Shown: positions 56,798-64,000 of the stretch, one piece after another | Position numbering within the stretch: position 1 is the stretch's first letter | Layout: each line of letters begins with the position of its first letter | IMG/VR virus record: IMGVR_UViG_3300023717_000163 | DNA from: a virus | Strand: one strand, 5' to 3' | DNA length: 64,000 nt | Made by a program: the position numbers and the translations under genes | The notes under the pieces: generated by a model | The model's database searches: none | Told to the model about the DNA's origin: nothing | Seen by the model: the letters and a program-made list of their open reading frames with translations, nothing else

Positions 56798-57076
56798 CTA
56801 CAAATTTTTAGTTCTGTTTTTAAATGATTTGGCAGGTTTGAAATGTGGAGTATAATGCTCCGCTATGACAATAGTCTCGTTTTTGTGTATGTTACGAGCA
56901 ACTTTTCGTTTATAGTGTTTGGGTGACAGTGTGCCAAAACCTCTGATATAAAGAGTCTTTCCATTAGCTACTGCATCCACGGTCTCTTTCAGTGCTGCCT
57001 CTATGACAGTTCGGACTTCACAAATAGCGATACCGGTTGATTCGGCTACTTGCTTGATAAGTTCTTCTTTCCTCAT
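56798..57076 (-). CDS. HU/IHF-family DNA-binding protein
   Basis: RGFGTLSPKHYKRKVARNIHKNETIVIAEHYTPHFKPAK matches the HU arm region. Confidence 0.7.
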   Translation of the reverse strand: MRKEELIKQVAESTGIAICEVRTVIEAALKETVDAVANGKTLYIRGFGTLSPKHYKRKVARNIHKNETIVIAEHYTPHFKPAKSFKNRTKNL

Positions 57077-57079
57077 AGC

Positions 57080-57508
57080 TTATCCCTCCGTACCAGTAGA
57101 TTCCATGTCCTCGAAGACTGTTTTCTGCATCTCTTGTGCTTCCATCGGACGTTCTTTAACCAAGTCACCATTACCATTGTAATATCCGGTAGTACGGGTG
57201 CTACGTTCCATGAACTTAAAGCATTCATCCGTAATTTCCTCATAACCACGCTTTATATCGGTAAGCAACGTTTTTTTACGCTCTTTTTTAGGTTTCATCT
57301 TGTCTTTGTATGCCTGCATGAAAGCTTTCTTTTCTTCTTCCAGTGCGGCCATATCAAGATCAATATTTGCCAACTCCGTTTTCCGTTCACCCATTTCTTC
57401 CTCACTGAAAGGAGAGGTATAGGTGATTCTTTCAACTGCTGCGCAATTGTCTTCCAACATTTGTCTGCGAAGCAATGGATTCTTGTCTTTAAATAGTTCT
57501 TTATCCAT
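57080..57508 (-). CDS. Hypothetical protein
   Basis: 142-aa ORF. Confidence 0.5.
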   Translation of the reverse strand: MDKELFKDKNPLLRRQMLEDNCAAVERITYTSPFSEEEMGERKTELANIDLDMAALEEEKKAFMQAYKDKMKPKKERKKTLLTDIKRGYEEITDECFKFMERSTRTTGYYNGNGDLVKERPMEAQEMQKTVFEDMESTGTEG

Positions 57509-57509
57509 A

Positions 57510-57812
57510 TCATAACGGTTTTAAGCCATATCGGGCAGAACCGACAAATGGCTGTGGGTTAGTCCTTATGTTTGCTTTGTGTATATCATCTGTACGATGA
57601 TTGAATAATCGGGGTAATCCCGTTATTTTGTCATATACAACCAGTTCAGACGATACATAACAAATAAAGCCTTTCAGTCGCTCTTTCAACCATGCGTTCT
57701 GATAGGCTCTGCGTTCACGATACTCTTGGTAGCTCATTCCTTTGGGACGAGCTGTGAGAAGGGGAGTGTAATTTCTCGCCCCCCCCGATTTAGATTTACT
57801 CTTTCCCATCAA
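57510..57812 (-). CDS. Hypothetical basic protein
   Basis: 100-aa ORF. An in-frame G8 tract encodes SKSGGARN. Confidence 0.45.
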   Translation of the reverse strand: MMGKSKSKSGGARNYTPLLTARPKGMSYQEYRERRAYQNAWLKERLKGFICYVSSELVVYDKITGLPRLFNHRTDDIHKANIRTNPQPFVGSARYGLKPL

Positions 57813-58410
57813 TCAAATTTTTATATTGTTTTTCTGAAACGAACTTGTCGCAGTTCTTATACCAAGTGCCATCATTTATTTTGTATGGGTTGCTCGTTTC
57901 ATCCACTTCATTCATAATACCGACTACCGCATTTTCTTTGTTGTTATCATCCCATACGATAACAATATCGCCGACAGTCGGGATATATTCAGGCTGTAAC
58001 TTCTCAAAATTGAAGGAGTAATGTTTTTCTTCCTTCATGGCGGCAAGCATCTTTGCCTTTTCCTCTTCTGTAGCTTTACGGAATCCCTTCATGCCTCCGA
58101 TACCAGCTTCGGGTGTGAGTTTTACAAAAACTCTGTCACCTTCATCGTTGGAAGGAACATAAGCGACAAGGCCGAAAGGTACTTTTATTGCTGGTAAAAA
58201 AGGAAGCGGCCTTTCTTCTCTAATTTCAGAGAGAATCATCATGCTGCCCCCTCCGCGATTTGGATTGATAATTACGTCACCGGGGATGAATGTCTCACCT
58301 TCAAACTCAAATTTACCCCCCCCCATAACTTTTTGGGTAGATTGCATACTTTCTTCTTTCACGATTTTTACCATGTGTCCTTCGGGCACTTCAACTGTTA
58401 CTGTTCTCAT
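57796..58410 (-). CDS. Hypothetical protein
   Basis: 204-aa ORF. An in-frame G9 tract encodes MGGGK. Confidence 0.5.
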   Translation of the reverse strand: MRTVTVEVPEGHMVKIVKEESMQSTQKVMGGGKFEFEGETFIPGDVIINPNRGGGSMMILSEIREERPLPFLPAIKVPFGLVAYVPSNDEGDRVFVKLTPEAGIGGMKGFRKATEEEKAKMLAAMKEEKHYSFNFEKLQPEYIPTVGDIVIVWDDNNKENAVVGIMNEVDETSNPYKINDGTWYKNCDKFVSEKQYKNLIDGKE

Positions 58411-58631
58411 TTTAATTTGATTTTAAACTGGTTATTGTATTCTATGTATTTTTTCGGGCAGGTTGTTTCTATAATTCCGTTCATTGTAGGAATACGAAAC
58501 AACTTGCCGGATTTATGAAGCTCTTTTTCAAGCTGTTTTGCTTTATGTAAAGCAGCCAAAGAACGTGTTTCATTTTCGATCAGTTCTTTAGCCGCTGTGA
58601 TACTGTTACTAATTTTTTCACATGAATCCAT
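58407..58631 (-). CDS. Hypothetical protein
   Basis: 74-aa ORF. Confidence 0.4.
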   Translation of the reverse strand: MDSCEKISNSITAAKELIENETRSLAALHKAKQLEKELHKSGKLFRIPTMNGIIETTCPKKYIEYNNQFKIKLK

Positions 58632-59539
58632 TACTTGACTTCTTCTGCGTATGGAGTATCGTCTTCCTCAAAATCGTCCGGTTTCTGACCTTGTGCCTTT
58701 CTCCAGTCTTCAAACATTTCATCATCCAACTGGCTCTCTGTTTCAAGAACTTTAATCATGGAATCTGAAATGCCGGTTTTGGGCAGGAATTTGAAAGCCC
58801 AGTTCACGATTGTTTTTCGAGCCATTTCTTCAAAGTCTGTGTCCCACGGGGATTGCTTGCCTTTCTTGACAGCCTCACTACGACTTTTTATTTCTTCAAT
58901 ACGTGCTTTGGGCATTGCATCGAATTTTACAACACCGGAAGTCAAGACTGCAAAATAGTAGCCTCCAAGAAGATCACCACGTTCTCCGAATACATTGGGT
59001 TTGTGGATGATAGTGCCACCGGTACCTTTTGTCATGCTGAACTCGTCATTAGCATAAACCAAATCAGAATAAATATCTTTTACAACACCGGTGCGGATCA
59101 AAATATCAACTTTACCCATGTATGAAGCTTGGAACTTCACTTTGCCTTTGTACGGTACAAGATACCCCAACCTTAGTTCAGGATTGAGCGTCAGACCGGT
59201 AAGAGAAACGTTTTTGATTGCTTCGACAAGATGATCGGGATATTGCCGGGCACAGTCAATCAAATAAGGATTATTCAACATTGCCTGCATAGCGAAATTG
59301 ACTTCACGGGCAAATTGCTGTTCTGTGCCACCAGCTGCTATAAATGCCTTTTTAGGGGAGATAAAACAGCTTTCCAATCCTTTCAGTTGTACTGGAAAGG
59401 CTGGTGGGGCAGAAGGAACGGGCGGTTGTGGTGTGGAAGGTGTTGGGGAGACCGGTTCTGTTTTTGTTGGTGAAGGAGCATTGTGTTGTTCCATTCCCAA
59501 GTTCCCTTGTTGGGGGGATTGATTCTCTGTTTTACTCAT
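58631..59539 (-). CDS. recT: RecT-family single-strand annealing protein
   Basis: LTGLTLNPELRLGYLVPYKGKVKFQASYMGKVDILIRTG matches the RecT core. Has a Pro-rich N-terminus. Confidence 0.65.
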   Translation of the reverse strand: MSKTENQSPQQGNLGMEQHNAPSPTKTEPVSPTPSTPQPPVPSAPPAFPVQLKGLESCFISPKKAFIAAGGTEQQFAREVNFAMQAMLNNPYLIDCARQYPDHLVEAIKNVSLTGLTLNPELRLGYLVPYKGKVKFQASYMGKVDILIRTGVVKDIYSDLVYANDEFSMTKGTGGTIIHKPNVFGERGDLLGGYYFAVLTSGVVKFDAMPKARIEEIKSRSEAVKKGKQSPWDTDFEEMARKTIVNWAFKFLPKTGISDSMIKVLETESQLDDEMFEDWRKAQGQKPDDFEEDDTPYAEEVK

Positions 59540-60504
59540 TGTTCTTGATTATTATAAAAGTTAAACATCTTGTTCTTTTCAAATGCAGGTGTGTCCGGCA
59601 CCATTATTCTTCGTCCTTTGAATCCCGGCTGAATAAATATCTGTGCACCGTCAAAATCATTGTTTTGTGTACAGTAAACATGCTGGTCTAACAATTTCTT
59701 GAATGCCAATGCGCTTGCCCCCATTTTCACAATTCCGTCTTCCAAATGGAAAGCCCAGTTAGCTGCACTGACAAATACTGCGTCATAGGGAGCTGTCTTT
59801 TGTTGCATAACCCAGTAGAACTCCTTCCATACTCCAGTACGTTCATGTTCAAAAAACTGATAGAAAGCTGCCGAAATACCATAATGAAATTTGGCAATAG
59901 TCCGGTTAACTGTTTCTTCATGAAGATCATCAACCGCCAATGTTTTCCAGTCAACAATTTTTTTGGCCGTTTCCACATCAGGGCGATATTTGAACTTGCA
60001 TCCTTCGTATTCAACGAAATGGCTAACTTCGGCTTTTCCCCATTTTAATATCTGCCTGATCTGTTTGGAGGTGTCCCGGCAATTATTAAGAAGCTCATAA
60101 ACCATTGTTTCAACCAATTGTATATCGGTTGTGCTTGTCAATGTTTTACCGGGATTTGATTCTTTGGACTCTATTAGTGCAATCTGATATTTTTGGGTGT
60201 CTCGTCCATACGGACAGCCGGTTTTAGGATTTATAGGCGGCTCAAATACAAGAAGGTTGTTTCGCCACTTGTCAAGTTTTCCAGTATTAACAAGGCTTTC
60301 CATTGCATCATGGTACAGTGAACCTTTTTCAGAGGCTTCAATACTTATCTCAAATAATTCTGGGTGCAATGCCTTGTATCGGGCAAACTTTGGGGACACC
60401 ATATAATCTTTAATCTGCGTACTACTTAGGAAATCTTTGAATCTTTCTCCACGGTGGTATTCTTCATTTGGCAGATCGTAAATTGTATCTTCTATATTAC
60501 TCAT
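59536..60504 (-). CDS. Recombination exonuclease partner (PD-(D/E)xK family, YqaJ-like)
   Basis: 322 aa, ATGA-coupled upstream of recT. N-terminal LPNEEYHRGERF...SPKFARYK. Confidence 0.5.
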   Translation of the reverse strand: MSNIEDTIYDLPNEEYHRGERFKDFLSSTQIKDYMVSPKFARYKALHPELFEISIEASEKGSLYHDAMESLVNTGKLDKWRNNLLVFEPPINPKTGCPYGRDTQKYQIALIESKESNPGKTLTSTTDIQLVETMVYELLNNCRDTSKQIRQILKWGKAEVSHFVEYEGCKFKYRPDVETAKKIVDWKTLAVDDLHEETVNRTIAKFHYGISAAFYQFFEHERTGVWKEFYWVMQQKTAPYDAVFVSAANWAFHLEDGIVKMGASALAFKKLLDQHVYCTQNNDFDGAQIFIQPGFKGRRIMVPDTPAFEKNKMFNFYNNQEQ

Positions 60505-60575
60505 ATAATGAATTTGGAGTTTTACAAAAAACTCCCTACTTTCGCAAGCAAGGAGCCAATAACTAACTAAAAAAC

Positions 60576-61277
60576 TTATTCATCACTTGTGGATAGTAAT
60601 TCTTTGTAATTCTGTAATATGTATTCTTTTTCTTTATCTGTAAAAGAATAGGCTTTAGCCATAAATTTCATTGCCATATCCTCATTGTGATCGGAAAGGG
60701 GATAATAGTCAGTAGCGAATTTGTAAGTAAGCCTATTCAATCGCTCATACTTAACTTTGACCTCCTTAACCCATCCGCTTATCTCCGAGATGATGCCGGA
60801 CGCTTCTTGCATCTTTTCGTCATATTCCTTTTGGTCTTTTGCTGCTTGTTCTTTCATAACCTTGTTCTGTGCGGCAAAGTTTGAAATCTTAGCATATAGT
60901 TCATCCGAATAAGCCCATCCTGAAATGATGTCAAAATCAGAGTTCCCATTAAACTTGTATCTCTCACTCTTTTTAAGGAACTTGTAATCACTCCCAAGTT
61001 TATTCCAATCGTAATCAACCTTTCGCAATGACTTCGCGCTTTTCAGAATTTCAGCAACCTTAGTCGCTTCATTAATGTCAGTAAACGCAAAACCATCCAA
61101 AAGCGGAATAGAGAAGTACTGAATATCAGCAGGCTCAATTTCAAATAATTCGGGAATTTTGGGTTTATCCATGATTTTGATACCTTCCTCCATCATGCGA
61201 AGTTTAATCATTTTCTGTACATCTTCCTCCGTTAACGCAAGAATCTCTTGCTCGGTCATTTCTGTAATTCCTTTCAT
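60576..61277 (-). CDS. Hypothetical protein
   Basis: 233-aa ORF. Confidence 0.5.
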   Translation of the reverse strand: MKGITEMTEQEILALTEEDVQKMIKLRMMEEGIKIMDKPKIPELFEIEPADIQYFSIPLLDGFAFTDINEATKVAEILKSAKSLRKVDYDWNKLGSDYKFLKKSERYKFNGNSDFDIISGWAYSDELYAKISNFAAQNKVMKEQAAKDQKEYDEKMQEASGIISEISGWVKEVKVKYERLNRLTYKFATDYYPLSDHNEDMAMKFMAKAYSFTDKEKEYILQNYKELLSTSDE

Positions 61278-61662
61278 ACTTTTAGCATTTAAAATGTGTT
61301 CCCGTCCGCGTTCCGATGGATTGTTGGCCGTAGCTTTTTAGCGGTGACCGCTTCTTGCGAAGCACGGGTATATATATCATTTAAAGTATCTATTCAGTTA
61401 AGAATGTATTTATAAACGCCCTACGTTTACTTTGTCATAATATAAGTCGTTTTTGATAACTTAGTGATTCGTGTGCTGCATCTTCTTATTGGCAGTCCGT
61501 ATTCACACTCTTTTCACTAATCCGCTTTGGCTACTTTGTCGGTCTATTTCGCCCTTTAGATAAGCAGTAAACCTTGTTTTAAGTCTTTAATTTGTTCAGA
61601 CTATACAATATGTCAAAGAACGTTTTGTTAGTTCCCGGAAAGACGGTCAAATCCGTCCGGGA

Positions 61663-61914
61663 TTATTTTCTTTCCATGAATTTTCTCAAAACTGATTTGG
61701 TAAAAATGAGACTCTTGCCATTTTTGGTGTGAGGAATATCATGTATTCGATTGTATAAGGTTTGCAACTTCCATCCGAGAAATACAGCTGCTTGTTTGGC
61801 ACTCAAATACTCTTCGGTTTCAGCAGTCGTTATTTCAGTTACAGCCTTTCTCACATCATTGCGAATAAACTTGTGCAGTTCTTCTGCAATCATTTTGGCT
61901 TCTGAACGGTTCAT
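61663..61914 (-). CDS. Excisionase-like HTH protein (HTH_17 type)
   Basis: LSAKQAAVFLGWKLQTLYNRIHDIPHTKNGKSLIFTKSVL. Confidence 0.5.
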   Translation of the reverse strand: MNRSEAKMIAEELHKFIRNDVRKAVTEITTAETEEYLSAKQAAVFLGWKLQTLYNRIHDIPHTKNGKSLIFTKSVLRKFMERK

Positions 61915-62159
61915 TTCTTTATCGCTTCGATAGTTATCTGATTTTTATCTTTGTCGATAGATGTTGAATATCTTTCAACGTCTTCACGGGGATCAGTAAA
62001 AGCTAATTGATAGGCATAGCTTCTTGCATTGACGCAATCCTTGTAAGAATCCAGTTGCATTACTTTGGAAGAACCAGCCTTAATGCTTAGAATATCTTTC
62101 TTTGTTACTTTCATATTATTTTCTATTTTATACTTAAATTTTCCACAAAAAATTTGCAT
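61911..62159 (-). CDS. Hypothetical protein
   Basis: 82-aa ORF, the first gene leftward of the immunity region. Confidence 0.4.
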   Translation of the reverse strand: MQIFCGKFKYKIENNMKVTKKDILSIKAGSSKVMQLDSYKDCVNARSYAYQLAFTDPREDVERYSTSIDKDKNQITIEAIKK

Positions 62160-62889
62160 AAAAGAAAGCTAACAACTACATTTGCCAATGAGATATGTAG
62201 TAAGTGGCTTTTGAAGTCGCCAGCTTTCTTATTGTTCAAACTTACACTCTTTGTTTGTTTGACGTTGCAAATATACTTCATATTTTCAGAAGTACAATAA
62301 AATACTTCATAAAATTTGTAGTACTTTGTATGTTATAAAACATATTTTTATGTAAGTTGTTGGTTTATAAAATGTTATGTAGGTAAGGCTCGCGTAAAAA
62401 AAGCTTTTTGAAAAAAAAAGTAATGTCGTTCTATTGTTATTGTAATAATTGAAGAAGTAAAAGACGATCTCATTCGGTAAGGTGCTGGATTGCTGCATAG
62501 TTAGCCCTTAGACGGTTTCCCGTTTTTGCTATATGCAGCATAAGAAATGTCTCGTTCGTATAAGTACGCCGTTCTTAGCTGGCCGGGCATTAACAAGTTA
62601 CCCGACTTCCCGGATTTTTCGCTTACTTGTAGCTGTGCAGGCATCCCGGTTTCGTTTGCCTCTCAATATCGCACGCCTTTCGCAGTATTGAGTTGTAAGA
62701 GTGTAACCCTCTGTCTCTCCGCTATGCGGCCTACCGCCGATTACACAATGTGGAGAAAAAGAAAATCCGCAAATAGGTAGCAGCTATTTACGGATTTCTA
62801 TATATAAACTCCAAATAGGATGTTTAATCAATTTATGTGGTAATACTGCTACTATTACGGATGCAAATATACTACTTAATTTGTGAAGT

Positions 62890-63660
62890 ATGCAAGAAGT
62901 TGACGATAAAAAATTGAGTGATCTCTCAAAAAGGTTTTTGCAAGCAATTTCATATTGTGGTTTGAGTGGGTATAAATTGAAGAAAGACAATATTATATCC
63001 AGTGAATCAACTCTTACCAGTATAAAAAAAGGGATTCAGTTACCAAGTAAAAAAACAATTGATGCTTTTTGTGAGAAGTATGATGTGAGCAGAGCATGGC
63101 TATATACTGGAGAAGGTTTGTTTGCAAAGACTCCATCAGGACAGATAGAACCTTCGGAGAAGGATATTAGGGATGCTCTGAAAAATGCGAGAATGCAATC
63201 AGACTCTACGATTAGTAAAGTAGCTCCTTATCTTCAAGATATTCTTGTAAAAGTAAAATATGTTCCGATAGATGCTGCGGCTTCATTTGTCGAAAGCTTA
63301 TATAACACAGCTTATGAAATTGATTCTTATGGTGTCATGCCGGAAGAAGGTGAAGTGCTTGATGATTCTTATATGGTCTTTCAAGTACGTGGTGACAGCA
63401 TGGAGCCAACTATACCGGACGGAGCTAAAATTCTTGCTCGCAAAATAGAAGAAGGTTTGTGGGAAAGCGCGTCAGGAGTTGTGAGTATTGTGTATGGGAA
63501 AACACTTTCAGTCAAGCGGATATTGAAAAACAGTCTTTTCTTGGATAATGTGCTGACTTTAAAGGCTGATAACCCCAAGCATGGCCAGTTAGATGTCGAG
63601 AGAAGAGAAATAAGGGGGATGTGGCAAGCATTACGCATAATAAGTCAAAAGATTATTTGA
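62890..63660 (+). CDS. CI/LexA-like repressor (XRE HTH plus S24 peptidase domain)
   Basis: N-terminal HTH with WLYTGEG. C-terminal VRGDSMEPTIPDGAKIL with a downstream Lys (Ser-Lys dyad). Confidence 0.7.
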   Translation: MQEVDDKKLSDLSKRFLQAISYCGLSGYKLKKDNIISSESTLTSIKKGIQLPSKKTIDAFCEKYDVSRAWLYTGEGLFAKTPSGQIEPSEKDIRDALKNARMQSDSTISKVAPYLQDILVKVKYVPIDAAASFVESLYNTAYEIDSYGVMPEEGEVLDDSYMVFQVRGDSMEPTIPDGAKILARKIEEGLWESASGVVSIVYGKTLSVKRILKNSLFLDNVLTLKADNPKHGQLDVERREIRGMWQALRIISQKII

Positions 63661-63661
63661 T

Positions 63662-64000
63662 ATGGAAGAAAGGGCTATTGACAGATTACGAAAATTTGCA
63701 AGGTATGCACGTGATAAGGGAGTTGTCAAAGGTGAGAACTCGTTTGAGGCTTATTGTGAATTATCAAATAGATACATTTATAATTCCATAAGGAACGGGA
63801 AGGGGGCTATTGGAACTGATATAATAGCTCGTATTGTGGATAAGTTCCCGGAATTGAATGTGAAGTGGCTTTGTACTGGCAAAGGGAATATGATTGAGAC
63901 GGATATTGATGCGAATGTCAACTACAAAGCAGCTTATGAAGGTGCGATGATGCAGATAGAAGCACTGCATAAAATTATAGAAGAAAATAAGCGGAGATGA
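63662..64000 (+). CDS. XRE-family HTH regulator (Cro/CII-like position)
   Basis: AIGTDIIARIVDKFPELNVKWLCTGKG. The stop codon is at the window end. Confidence 0.55.
   Translation: MEERAIDRLRKFARYARDKGVVKGENSFEAYCELSNRYIYNSIRNGKGAIGTDIIARIVDKFPELNVKWLCTGKGNMIETDIDANVNYKAAYEGAMMQIEALHKIIEENKRR

Overview
The window reads as two adjacent prophage-like regions of a Bacteroidales-type genome, separated by about 1.7 kb of repeat-rich non-coding DNA. Region A (1..~22800) is a Mu-like transposable prophage whose left part lies outside the window. Region B (24418..64000, continuing past the window end) is a second phage-like region with no integrase visible in the window. All assignments rest on motifs read by eye; no database search was run.

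Region A contents:
- Tail genes on the minus strand at the left: a partial coiled-coil tail gene at 1..360, then tube-like and sheath-like genes.
- An endolysin-like gene followed by overlapping spanin-like genes, a major capsid protein with an Ig-like C-terminus, and a prohead protease/scaffold fusion.
- A plus-strand head module: small and large terminase subunits, a portal, a MuF-like head morphogenesis protein and a Mu gpG-like virion morphogenesis protein.
- A minus-strand early operon: MuA-like transposase, MuB-like ATPase, a RecA-like ATPase, a DUF2786-like protein, a nucleoside 2-deoxyribosyltransferase-like protein and Zn-ribbon proteins.
- A divergent XRE-type repressor, followed by end repeats.

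Region B contents:
- Rha and KilA-N regulators, then an AT-rich island carrying a secreted protein and a small membrane protein.
- A plus-strand tail-fibre block ending in a diversity-generating retroelement (DGR). Its variable repeat VR1 sits at the C-terminus of a 439-aa fibre protein, the template repeat (TR) lies 120 bp downstream, and the reverse transcriptase gene is split across three frames.
- A holin, endolysin-like and spanin-like lysis cassette.
- A long minus-strand block: SSB, MazG-like, HNH, RtcB RNA ligase, three DNA methyltransferases, two radical-SAM enzymes, a PP-loop PAPS-reductase/QueC-like enzyme, an HhH-GPD-like protein and an ASCH protein.
- Within that block, a second remote DGR target (VR2), a RuvC-like resolvase, an HU protein and a RecT/exonuclease pair.
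- An excisionase-like HTH protein, a CI-like S24 repressor and a Cro-like HTH protein at the right end.

The most unusual observations:
1. The DGR has two targets, one of them 15 kb from the TR on the opposite strand and embedded in DNA-modification genes.
2. Eight G/C homopolymer tracts of 7-10 nt lie within 13 kb of region B. Two of them break the frames of a Dam-type and a C5-type methyltransferase exactly at the tract. This could reflect phase variation or homopolymer sequencing error.
3. A candidate DNA hypermodification cluster.
4. Several degenerate tRNA-like elements.
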